From: an uncultured Bacteroidaceae bacterium
GTDB lineage: Bacteria; Bacteroidota; Bacteroidia; Bacteroidales; Bacteroidaceae
DNA: 29,360 bases
Reading direction: 5' to 3'
Assembly (NCBI GenBank): GCA_964640785.1
Contig: CAZXIQ010000001.1
Coordinates: 1 to 29,360, forward strand
Shown here: piece after piece, positions 8,585 through 17,009 of the stretch
Numbering within the stretch: the stretch's first letter is position 1
How the letters are laid out: the number at the start of each line of letters is the position of its first letter
The notes under the pieces: generated by a model
What the model saw: only the letters and a program-made list of their open reading frames with translations
Databases searched by the model: none
What the model was told of the DNA's origin: nothing
Made by a program: the position numbers and the translations under genes

Positions 8585-10054
8585 TTATTTTATACCAATA
8601 TCCTCCATTTCCCAATCGTCCGAACGGAAAGAGGGGAGCGGCAGGCCGAGCAATGTGCGCACGTTTGCCTCGAACGAGTAGTTCTGATAAGCGTAACGCA
8701 CAGCAACGGGTTCGGGGACAGAGTCCGACCACACTTCTATTGTATTTTTACACCACATGTGGTTGGCCTGTGCGGGGTAGAATTTCTTGTCGGCACCTGC
8801 AACCTCGAAACCTTTGGCACGCTCGCGAGCATTGAAACAGTCCTGCTGAGTAGGGTCGGCAGGGTCGAATGTGTTTGGCTTGCACATATTTGAGAAACTG
8901 AGCACAAGTTTATTGCCATTTTTCTCGAAAGACTTGAAACGGGGGTAATTTACAGGCAGGCCCTCAACACCATAGTCGTTGGTAAGAGCAAGATTGGCCA
9001 AACGCTGACCCACTTTGTCCTTTGCCGCAGGGTGTATGAGCGAATAGTCGCCAATGTCTGTGGTGCAGACAATATCACAATTTTCAACCTCGTCGGCACA
9101 CTTCCACTGCTGGTCTACGAAAAGAGGCGTGCCGCGAAGTTTGTGTCCCTCGTAGCAGTAAGGAGCAATCTGTGTAAAGTAGAAAGGCATCTTGTCGTTA
9201 CCCCAATCCTTGCGCCACGCCTCAATCATTGCCTTCTGCAATTTTGCATAGTCGAACCAGTTGTAACGGTTGGCGCAACCTTGGTACCAGATGAATCCTT
9301 TGGCTGTAAATTTATTGATGGGGCTTATCATGCCATTGTAGAGTACATTGTTGGTATTAGGGCCACGATATTTTTTATCGTAATCGACGTTACGTCCCTG
9401 CACACCATCGAGTGATTCCTTGCTCATCCACGCCTCGATGCGTGTGCCGCCCCAGTTGGCTGTGATGAGACCTACGGGAACATTAAGAATCTTCTGGAGT
9501 TCCTTGCCAAAGAAATAGGCTGCTGCGCTGAATGTGCGCACCGTCATTGGAGACGACTCGCGCCACATTGTATCGCAATCCTCTTTCGGAGTACTCGAAG
9601 TGCAACGGGGAACGGTGAACATGCGAATATCGGAATATTTGTAAGCCTCTTTTATATGCTCCAGCGCTCCATTGACAGGCTGATACATGTAACCACCAAC
9701 GGGCATTTCCATATTGGACTGACCACTGCACACCCACACTTCGCCCAGCAGGATGTTGGTAAGTTCGGTCTTTTCACCGTCGTCGAAAGTAAGTGTGTAG
9801 GGGCCGCCGGCATTCGCTGTGGGAATTGTAGTTGCCCATCGGCCATTATCGTCGGCCTTGACACTGAATTTTTCTTTTGTCCACGATACTGTGATTTTCA
9901 CTTTTTTATTAGCCTCGGCTGTTCCCCACAGATTAACATCGGTGTTGCGCTGCAACACCATATTGCTGCCTATCACCGAGGGGAGTGTAACCTTGGCCTG
10001 CGCTACGCTAAACACACAAGCAAGCGCCGCTGCAAGAATTGATATTTTTTTCAT
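8585..10054 (-). CDS. Sialate O-acetylesterase-like (SASA domain) esterase, paralog A
   Basis: GEVWVCSGQSNM, WGGT, WYQGCAN, LIHP, PVAVRYAY, SFRSD. Signal peptide. 489 aa. Confidence 0.92.
   Translation of the reverse strand: MKKISILAAALACVFSVAQAKVTLPSVIGSNMVLQRNTDVNLWGTAEANKKVKITVSWTKEKFSVKADDNGRWATTIPTANAGGPYTLTFDDGEKTELTNILLGEVWVCSGQSNMEMPVGGYMYQPVNGALEHIKEAYKYSDIRMFTVPRCTSSTPKEDCDTMWRESSPMTVRTFSAAAYFFGKELQKILNVPVGLITANWGGTRIEAWMSKESLDGVQGRNVDYDKKYRGPNTNNVLYNGMISPINKFTAKGFIWYQGCANRYNWFDYAKLQKAMIEAWRKDWGNDKMPFYFTQIAPYCYEGHKLRGTPLFVDQQWKCADEVENCDIVCTTDIGDYSLIHPAAKDKVGQRLANLALTNDYGVEGLPVNYPRFKSFEKNGNKLVLSFSNMCKPNTFDPADPTQQDCFNARERAKGFEVAGADKKFYPAQANHMWCKNTIEVWSDSVPEPVAVRYAYQNYSFEANVRTLLGLPLPSFRSDDWEMEDIGIK
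9747..10006. repeat. 260-bp direct repeat, copy 1 (within SASA paralog A)
   Basis: Matches 11240-11499 at offset 1493 with 6 mismatches by eye. 9747-9869 is identical to its partner. Confidence 0.9.
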
Positions 10055-10077
10055 GACTTTACTTTATACCTTGTTGA

Positions 10078-11547
10078 TTATTTTATTTCTTCGTCTTTAA
10101 TTTCCCATTGGTCGCTGCGGAACGATGGCAATGCCTGACCCAACTGTGTGCGTACATTAGCCTCGCCCGGATAGTTGCAGTAGGCGTAACGCACTGCAAC
10201 GGGGTTGGGAACAGAGTCGGACCACACTTCTATCATATTGCTCCACCAACGGTGGTTACCCTTTGCGGGGTAGAATTTACCATCCTCGCCGGCAACCTCG
10301 AAACCTTTGGGCTCTTCACGACCATAGAAACAGCTGGACATTCGGTAGTCGAGGGGGTTGGTTGTGTAGGGAGGTGCAATATTCTTGAAGTGAAGTTCGA
10401 GCTTATTGCCTTTTACTATAAAATAGTTGAAACGGGGAGCCTTCGAAGGCAATCCTTCAATACCATAGTCATTGGCGAGCGCAAGAAGAGCAAGACGCTC
10501 GGCCACCCTTTTCTTTTTTAGCGGATGTATGTGGCTGTAATCGCCTGCATCCTGCGTGGTAGCAACATCACAATTTTCTATAAGGTCGGCAGCTTTGTAC
10601 TGCTGGTCGATAAAGATTGCATTGAGACGTTTGTTAGGGCCTTCGTAACAGTAAGGGGCAATCTGCGTAATGTAGAAAGGCATTTTGTCGTTACCCCAAT
10701 CCTTGCGCCACAAATTCACTTGAGCAACCTGAAGTTTAACATAGTCGTACCAATTATGACGGTTGGACTCGCCTTGGTACCAGATGAATCCTTTGGCTGT
10801 AAAGTTGCATATTGGGCGTATCATGCCATTATAGAGTACGCCGGGTACGTTTGCACCGCGACGTTTGGCGTCGAGCGAAGAGTTTCGGTCTTTTATGGCA
10901 GCGAGGCTCTCGCGGCTCATCCACGCCTCGATAATGGTGCCTCCCCAATTAGACGTAATCAACCCTATGGGCACGTCGAGCATCTTGTTAAGTTCCTTGC
11001 CAAACAGATAGGCAATGGCGCTGAAAGTGCGCACCGTCAATGGTGACGACTCGCGCCACACAGTGTCGCAATCCTCTTTGGGAGTTTCGGAAATACAGCG
11101 AGGAACGGTGAACATGCGGATATTGGGATATTCATACGCCTCGGCAATGTCTTTTTCAACTCCATCAATAGGCTGATACATAAAGCCGCCAACGGGCATT
11201 TCCATATTGGATTGACCGCCACACACCCACACCTCGCCAAGCAGGATGTTGGTAAGTTCGGTCTTTTCACCGTCGTCGAAAGTAAGTGTGTAGGGGCCGC
11301 CGGCATTCGCTGTGGGAATTGTAGTTGCCCATCGGCCATTATCGTCGGCCTTGACACTGAATGTCTCTTTTGTCCACGAGGCTGTGATTTTCACTTTTTT
11401 ATTAGCCTCGGCCGTTCCCCACAGATTAACATCGGTGTTGCGCTGCAACACCATGTTGCTGCCTATCACCGAGGGGAGTGTAACCTTGGCCTGCGCTACA
11501 TAAGTAAGGCCGACCAAGGTTGTCAGAAGAAATAATATTTTTTTCAT
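10078..11547 (-). CDS. Sialate O-acetylesterase-like (SASA domain) esterase, paralog B
   Basis: GEVWVCGGQSNM, WYQGESN, HIHP, PVAVRYAY. Start moved from 11568 to 11547 (MKKILFLL signal peptide), giving 489 aa like paralog A. Confidence 0.92.
   Translation of the reverse strand: MKKILFLLTTLVGLTYVAQAKVTLPSVIGSNMVLQRNTDVNLWGTAEANKKVKITASWTKETFSVKADDNGRWATTIPTANAGGPYTLTFDDGEKTELTNILLGEVWVCGGQSNMEMPVGGFMYQPIDGVEKDIAEAYEYPNIRMFTVPRCISETPKEDCDTVWRESSPLTVRTFSAIAYLFGKELNKMLDVPIGLITSNWGGTIIEAWMSRESLAAIKDRNSSLDAKRRGANVPGVLYNGMIRPICNFTAKGFIWYQGESNRHNWYDYVKLQVAQVNLWRKDWGNDKMPFYITQIAPYCYEGPNKRLNAIFIDQQYKAADLIENCDVATTQDAGDYSHIHPLKKKRVAERLALLALANDYGIEGLPSKAPRFNYFIVKGNKLELHFKNIAPPYTTNPLDYRMSSCFYGREEPKGFEVAGEDGKFYPAKGNHRWWSNMIEVWSDSVPNPVAVRYAYCNYPGEANVRTQLGQALPSFRSDQWEIKDEEIK
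11240..11499. repeat. 260-bp direct repeat, copy 2 (within SASA paralog B)
   Basis: Matches 9747-10006. Confidence 0.9.
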
Positions 11548-11560
11548 TGTCGATATACAA

Positions 11561-13264
11561 TTATTCAATGGTCACATTGTCACAGTGCTTTATGACGAAA
11601 GGATTCTTCTCTTCGCGATTAAAAGCATAGTCGTTGCTCTGCTCTATTTTATTGTTGCGATAGGTGATTCCGTCGAAACAGCAAAGGTAGAGAATGCGGG
11701 GGTCGAATGTGCGGAAAATGTTGCCTTCGACCACAATATTCTTGTGGTAACGGCTGACCTCTTGCTCGCTGATGCGGCTGTTGTATGCAATGTGAGCATC
11801 GCCCCACGACTTACATCCGTAAAGACAGTTGTCGAACTCATTGTTGCGTATCTGCACATTGCGTACGCCCGACTGCTCGTACCAATAGCTGCCGTCGCCC
11901 TCGAAGAGTACAGCCGAGCCGGGAACGTGGAAGTAGTTGTTCTCTATTATAACCTCACCACGTGAGCCGATGAGAAGACCGCGTGCGCGGTTGTTTGCAA
12001 AGTGACAGCCCTTGATAAGCACGTCGGGATACTGGTCGTCGCAAGCAATGGGGTCTTTAATCTGCATTTCCTCGGGCAGAGGCTCGGTAAATGTAATTTC
12101 GGCAAGCTCGCTGTTGATGCTTCTAACCTCTTTTACCACACGGTGAGCATAGGTCATCATGGTCTTGTGGTTGGCAATTTCCATATTCATGCCCGGACGC
12201 ACAAAATCTTTACCGTAGTTGTACCATACGAGAATTTTATCTTTGCCTATAATCTCGCGTGTCATTGCGTACCAGCCGTGAATGTTGGTAGCATCGTCTT
12301 TCTGGTTGGTAAACTTACAATCAATCATACGCAGATAGCCGCCGCAGTTGATGAAGTGTGTAGCATCGGCTGTCGCGCTTATTATGCGGTTGCTGCCGGG
12401 AGTGGGGACAACCTGCACCTTGTTAAGTTCAATATCCTTTACACGCTGAACGATGAATCCCATGCCGCCGCAGTGGTAAAGGTTCACATTCTGCACAAGC
12501 ACAGTGTTACACTCGTCAAATGTAAAGCCGGGGTTGGAACGACGCGCCGCGCCGAAAGCCATTATGTTGCCCACGGTACCTGTAAGGTCTTTGAGGAAGA
12601 TTTTAAAGTTGCCGTTGGGAAGAGCCTCGGCCTGCAATCCGCTCCACAACCAATAGTCGTGAACATAGTATGCCACCTCTTTTTTCTTGCCGTCAAATTC
12701 GAGCAGGCTGCCATAGGGGTATGTGATATTATTCTTGTCGCGTATGCGCAAAAGACCGCTCTGTATATCTACATTGTAACCTTCGGGGAATTTGAGTTCC
12801 AACCAGCCGTCGCCCACAGCCATAATTTCGCCCTGAGAGCTGAAAGTGTGGGTAAAGTCGATGTTGAGGTCGCGGATGGTGATGTTGTTCGAATTTTCTA
12901 CGTTGAAAGGAGAAATAAAGCCCGTGAAAAGCAGCGTGGTGCCGTTACCCTCGACTGTAAGTCCGTCGGCATTCTCAATATTCAAGGCTATACGTTTCTT
13001 ACCCTGAGAATTGTTACTTATATACTGATATTTTTCGAAACAGTACTTGTCTTTTATAAACAATGTGTCGCCGGGGAATACCAACGTGCTGTTCTTATAT
13101 TTGAGACACTCTTCGAGGGCGAGACGTATGCCGGGATAAGCATCATCTTTCATTTCCTCGGTAATATAATCTTTCACATACACCGTCTTTGCCTCGGGAG
13201 CCGACGAACATGCTGCAACAAAGGCCATTGCCGAGAGTGCAAAAAGTTTAAAAAGTTTTTTCAT
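11561..13264 (-). CDS. GH110 alpha-1,3-galactosidase-like parallel beta-helix lipoprotein
   Basis: Lipobox VAA-C. GH110 signature ADATHF...DDATNIHG, NNRARGLL, IENNYF, beta-helix repeats. Confidence 0.88.
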   Translation of the reverse strand: MKKLFKLFALSAMAFVAACSSAPEAKTVYVKDYITEEMKDDAYPGIRLALEECLKYKNSTLVFPGDTLFIKDKYCFEKYQYISNNSQGKKRIALNIENADGLTVEGNGTTLLFTGFISPFNVENSNNITIRDLNIDFTHTFSSQGEIMAVGDGWLELKFPEGYNVDIQSGLLRIRDKNNITYPYGSLLEFDGKKKEVAYYVHDYWLWSGLQAEALPNGNFKIFLKDLTGTVGNIMAFGAARRSNPGFTFDECNTVLVQNVNLYHCGGMGFIVQRVKDIELNKVQVVPTPGSNRIISATADATHFINCGGYLRMIDCKFTNQKDDATNIHGWYAMTREIIGKDKILVWYNYGKDFVRPGMNMEIANHKTMMTYAHRVVKEVRSINSELAEITFTEPLPEEMQIKDPIACDDQYPDVLIKGCHFANNRARGLLIGSRGEVIIENNYFHVPGSAVLFEGDGSYWYEQSGVRNVQIRNNEFDNCLYGCKSWGDAHIAYNSRISEQEVSRYHKNIVVEGNIFRTFDPRILYLCCFDGITYRNNKIEQSNDYAFNREEKNPFVIKHCDNVTIE

Positions 13265-13289
13265 GCTTTTTATTGTTTACATTGTTAGA

Positions 13290-13306
13290 AGAAGCTGTTT
13301 AAATTA
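13290..13306 (-). promoter_or_regulatory. Copy of putative operator motif upstream of GH110
   Basis: agaagctgtttaaatta, 15/17 identical to 16831-16847. Confidence 0.4.
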
Positions 13307-13308
13307 AT

Positions 13309-13343
13309 CTCCTACCCTGCCCGAAAATAGGACAGAGCAGGAG
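13309..13343 (-). terminator. Intra-operon RNA hairpin (stabiliser or leaky terminator)
   Basis: Minus strand ctcctgctctgtcc-tattttc-gggcagggtaggag: 14-bp stem with three G-U pairs, weak U-tract. Confidence 0.65.
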
Positions 13344-13361
13344 GCTCTATTTACACGTGAA

Positions 13362-15404
13362 TTAAATTTTTATGTTTTTAATCTCTTCGCCGATGCGAAC
13401 TGTGTATTTTTTCTGTTTGTCACCATTCTTGATGATAACCTGAGCACGTGTCTCGGACTTGCGCTTAACCTCAATATCAAAGTCGCCACCGAATGCTTTT
13501 ATGTGGCGGAGTGCCATTTCGTTCCATGCAGAAGGCAACTGTATTGTAAGGTTGAAACTGTTGAAACCTGTGGGGTGAATACCGAAGAGACCCTCGGTGA
13601 TGATGCGGCAGTAGAGACCGCTCTCGGCCGAGAGGTGACGTTGCGAGCCTTCGGGCCATGCCTCGATGGGGTAAGGTACGTGTGTACCGAGGAGGCGACG
13701 GTTAGAGTAGTCGAGCAACTGTTTTGTAGCTTTGTCGGCAGCACCTACAACATATACGCCGCGAAGAGCATAGAGTGTCGAACGGTCCCAGAATGTTGCA
13801 TCGCCCTCGGCTGTGAGAAGACCGTCGATTGTACACAACTTGTCCGAGTAGAGAGCATCTATTGTGCCCTGCGCACGCTCTTTAAAGCCAAACACAAGAG
13901 GCATACATATCCATGAGCGAAGCACTGTGTTGCCATCGTAGTAACGATAAGTCTCGTAACCGCTTACGTTGGCCGAGAAGTAGTTGTTGATGTTTTTCTT
14001 GAGCTCGGCAGCCTGCTTTCTGTATGTAGCAGCCAATTTGGGCTCGTCTACAAGTGGAGCAAGATAAGCAGCCATTACAAGACCGTCGTAGTAAAGTGTA
14101 GCTGTGCAAAGGTTAGCCTCGCCCGAGGGGAAACGACCCTCAAGCTCGTCTCTGTCCGAACGGGGAACACCCGCATCGTTCAACTGACGGCGTGTATATT
14201 CGAGACACCATTTGATGAAAGGCCACAACTCTTTAGCCTCTTCCTTGCTGCCACGAGCAAGCAGATAACGTGTAGCACCGTGAGCATTCATGGCTGCGTC
14301 GCCACGGTCGCCCGCGCCGCCCCATGTGTCGATACCCTCGGCAATGATAGAGCTGGGAATTTTATTATATTCGTCGTTCATGAAACGCGCAAAGTGCTTG
14401 TAACAGTTGAGTGCAGACTCGTTACCTATCTGATAGCCCATGAAGGGGAACAAGGGGCTTACATACTCTGACTGGTCGTTACACCAGATAGCAGCATAGT
14501 AAGACTCACCGCCGGGGCCGTGCATAAGACCACCCTTTGTGCGGTAGATGCTCTCCGATGCACGAATCTTGGAGAAACGGAACTCTGTGTCGATTACCTT
14601 TTCGGGAGTTTCAAGCACAAGTGCGCCGTCGATGCTGTTCTTGATGTAGTCCATACGCTTAGCATACTCTGCCTTTACGTCGGGCTTAAGAGCCTTTTCG
14701 GTCTTTTCGCGGTAAGCTTGGAAAGCTGCACCAAACTCAATGCTCTTTCCGGGCTCAATCTTGTATGTACCCGAGCCATAAACCTCGGACTGGATGATGT
14801 ATGTACCATCGACACCCTTGGCAGGGTCGGTCTTAAGTTTCTGCACAAATTCGGGGACTGCCACTGTAAGTGTACGGCCGGTAATATTCTTCACCTCGTA
14901 TGTCTCGCACATCATAGGGAGTGTGGTGCTGGGGAAGATTGTGGTTGTAATCTCAACAACGGGCGAGGGGGCTCTTTTGCGAGCTGCACCGGTGTTTACA
15001 ATGCCAATACCATATTGACTGACAACCTGCAATGCACCATTTATAGACACCTTCTTTGCGCCCAACTGCACGGGAGCAAGGTTGTTGATACCCAACATGG
15101 AGACAACGTCTGTCTGCACACGGTACATGAGTGAACCGTGAGTGTTGTTGGGGATTGTGCGGAGCATGGGGAATACAAGCGAACGCTCTTGGCTGAAATT
15201 TTTATTTGCATCAACGTTCCAGCGGGTAACGAAAGATACCATTTCACCACTCATCTCAATGTGGTCGCTGTAAGGCAATGTCTCGTCCGAGAGAATCATC
15301 TCTATGGCATTAGTCTCGGGGTTGATTGTCCAGCACTGTTTCTGTGCATTTACCGTCACCACCGACAACAGCAGCAACGCTACGATTAATTGAAGTTTTC
15401 TCAT
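13362..15404 (-). CDS. Six-hairpin glycosidase-like protein, family unassigned
   Basis: Signal peptide. Beta-rich N-terminus, then helical domain with YYAAIWCNDQSEY, GDRGDAAM, DELEGRFP, FWDRSTLY, YPIEAWPE, HLSAESGLY, and EGLFGIHP...LPSAW C-terminus typical of (alpha/alpha)6 glycosidases. Confidence 0.72.
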   Translation of the reverse strand: MRKLQLIVALLLLSVVTVNAQKQCWTINPETNAIEMILSDETLPYSDHIEMSGEMVSFVTRWNVDANKNFSQERSLVFPMLRTIPNNTHGSLMYRVQTDVVSMLGINNLAPVQLGAKKVSINGALQVVSQYGIGIVNTGAARKRAPSPVVEITTTIFPSTTLPMMCETYEVKNITGRTLTVAVPEFVQKLKTDPAKGVDGTYIIQSEVYGSGTYKIEPGKSIEFGAAFQAYREKTEKALKPDVKAEYAKRMDYIKNSIDGALVLETPEKVIDTEFRFSKIRASESIYRTKGGLMHGPGGESYYAAIWCNDQSEYVSPLFPFMGYQIGNESALNCYKHFARFMNDEYNKIPSSIIAEGIDTWGGAGDRGDAAMNAHGATRYLLARGSKEEAKELWPFIKWCLEYTRRQLNDAGVPRSDRDELEGRFPSGEANLCTATLYYDGLVMAAYLAPLVDEPKLAATYRKQAAELKKNINNYFSANVSGYETYRYYDGNTVLRSWICMPLVFGFKERAQGTIDALYSDKLCTIDGLLTAEGDATFWDRSTLYALRGVYVVGAADKATKQLLDYSNRRLLGTHVPYPIEAWPEGSQRHLSAESGLYCRIITEGLFGIHPTGFNSFNLTIQLPSAWNEMALRHIKAFGGDFDIEVKRKSETRAQVIIKNGDKQKKYTVRIGEEIKNIKI

Positions 15405-15417
15405 AAATTTATAGTTT

Positions 15418-16746
15418 TTATTTAGTCAATGCTTTTTTTATCATTTCAAGTTCCGAGGGGATGTAGCATGTGCGTGTAACATCAACCTGATAACCGGCAA
15501 TTTCGCTTGCAGCCTCGGAAAGATATTTCATAAGGCAGAGGAATTTTTCGTAATTGTTGTTGAAACGCCCAAGTTCGCTGTCGGGAGTATTGTAGAGCTT
15601 GCGGAATGCCTTTTTATACACGTCCCATCCATAAATTTCGGCAATACGCATAAGGGTGTAGTGAATAGCGTCGCCCGAGTCGAGGTTGCCTTTTGCCACG
15701 CAGTTTTTATATGCACGTTTGTAGTAAGCAATATTGTCGCCCATATAGAATGTATTCTGTGAAATTACCGCCTCGTATTTATCGAGAGCGTATGACATGC
15801 GGAAGTTGGCAAAAATCTCGTCGTTCCAGTTCCACGAGCCGTAGCCGTTGCCCACCGCTGTTCCGGCCGAGAATACATGACCAATTTCGTGCAAAATGCC
15901 GAATCCCCAGTCTTTATGATTCTTGAACTTATTCAGAAGGCCCTTTACGTCTGCATTGTCGTTCCACAGAATGGGGTTGCCGGCAAGAGCCCAATACCCC
16001 GGCTCCATGCCCGGAGTGGTGAGAATACGGATTTTTGCACCGCCATAAGGAACTACTCCCAAAAGCTCTTCGTAAGCCTCGTAGGCCTTGTCGAGAGCCT
16101 TCAGCCACTCATCGACAGTCTTGTCATCAACCGTCACATGTTTGGGGTCTACGGCAAGCACCATGTGTTTGCTCTCGCGCATGTAAAGAGCCTCTTTGGG
16201 GGTCTCGGTTATTTTTACATCGTCGTACCAGACTGTACCCTTTGCCTTGCCGCCGTTGTATGTTCCACCGGGGAACCCCAATGCACAGCTGACGTAAGTT
16301 TCGCCCTTCTCATCGCTGACAAAGTCCATGTACACCTCTTGCCAATCGTTGTTGCCATAAAGGAATTTAGAGGCGTTCCACGGCTGGTCAGAGTCGTGGC
16401 CGAATACATCAAGATAGAGTATTGCACCGCGTCCCTCGGCAACATCCTGTGTCTTTACCTTGGCCGACACACGATAGAATGTATTGGGGTTGAGGCCGGT
16501 AAGGTGTTTGGTGATTTTTACGACGCCCTTTTCACTGTTGGTTATTTTTACGCAACGCGACTTATCGGCGCCCTCTTTAACAAATTTCACCGAAGAGGTC
16601 TTGGTACTTTTGTCTATTTCCCAATTTTTCTTTGTAAATGAACTTTTGTTAAAATTGTCACTGAAAATCTCTTTTGCATCACCGTTGGCATATAGCCCCG
16701 ATGTTGTCACAAAAGCTAAAATTAGCAATAGAAGTAATTGTTTCAT
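15418..16746 (-). CDS. CBM4/9-like domain plus M60-like gluzincin metallopeptidase
   Basis: Signal peptide. Jelly-roll N-domain (LNPNTFYRVSAKVKT...DWQEV...GTVWYDDVKI). HEIGH-x19-E (WNDEIFANF) fits the M60-like HExxH-x(8-28)-E pattern. Confidence 0.75.
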   Translation of the reverse strand: MKQLLLLLILAFVTTSGLYANGDAKEIFSDNFNKSSFTKKNWEIDKSTKTSSVKFVKEGADKSRCVKITNSEKGVVKITKHLTGLNPNTFYRVSAKVKTQDVAEGRGAILYLDVFGHDSDQPWNASKFLYGNNDWQEVYMDFVSDEKGETYVSCALGFPGGTYNGGKAKGTVWYDDVKITETPKEALYMRESKHMVLAVDPKHVTVDDKTVDEWLKALDKAYEAYEELLGVVPYGGAKIRILTTPGMEPGYWALAGNPILWNDNADVKGLLNKFKNHKDWGFGILHEIGHVFSAGTAVGNGYGSWNWNDEIFANFRMSYALDKYEAVISQNTFYMGDNIAYYKRAYKNCVAKGNLDSGDAIHYTLMRIAEIYGWDVYKKAFRKLYNTPDSELGRFNNNYEKFLCLMKYLSEAASEIAGYQVDVTRTCYIPSELEMIKKALTK

Positions 16747-16801
16747 AGTATATTAATTGATAAATTTTGCTCGTCACCGAATAGCATAATATTTCAAAGA
16801 G

Positions 16802-16809
16802 CAAATATA
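16802..16809 (-). promoter_or_regulatory. -7 promoter box for the M60/GH/GH110/SASA operon
   Basis: TATATTTG(C) on the minus strand, ~55 nt upstream of ATG 16746. Confidence 0.65.
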
Positions 16810-16828
16810 AATAAAATTTTGCAATACT

Positions 16829-16849
16829 TAAGAAGTTGTTTAAATTTCT
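16829..16849 (-). promoter_or_regulatory. Putative transcription-factor site at the -33 position
   Basis: Minus strand agaaatttaaacaacttctta, 19/21 identical to 29281-29301, 19 nt upstream of the -7 box. Confidence 0.6.
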
Positions 16850-16904
16850 TTCAAAAAAGTTAATTACATTATTCGCGAGCTGTGCTTGCCTTTTTATAGG
16901 ACAT

Positions 16905-16934
16905 AAATTTAAACTGTTTCTTAATAATTTAAAC
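16905..16934 (+). promoter_or_regulatory. Second, inverted copy of the motif plus a partial tandem copy
   Basis: aaatttaaactgtttctta (16905-16923) is 18/19 identical to 29283-29301. aatttaaac recurs at 16906 and 16926. Confidence 0.55.
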
Positions 16935-16970
16935 AAATTTTCTGCAAGGAGAATCATTAATATCTTTCAC

Positions 16971-16998
16971 AAAAAAATCGGAGCATTGCCCCGATTTT
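16971..16998 (-). terminator. Rho-independent terminator of the yicC-gmk-nadD-MORN operon
   Basis: Minus strand aaaatcggggc-aat-gctccgattttttt, 11 nt after the stop at 17010. Confidence 0.8.
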
Positions 16999-17009
16999 CA
17001 CAAAAATTT

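Noticed and set aside
12002..13288. 428-aa plus-strand ORF
   Set aside because: Antisense to GH110 along its whole length, with typical shadow-ORF composition.
16965..17006. 11-bp direct repeat tttcacaaaaa flanking the terminator, as a target-site duplication
   Set aside because: Low-complexity AT sequence that overlaps the terminator arms.
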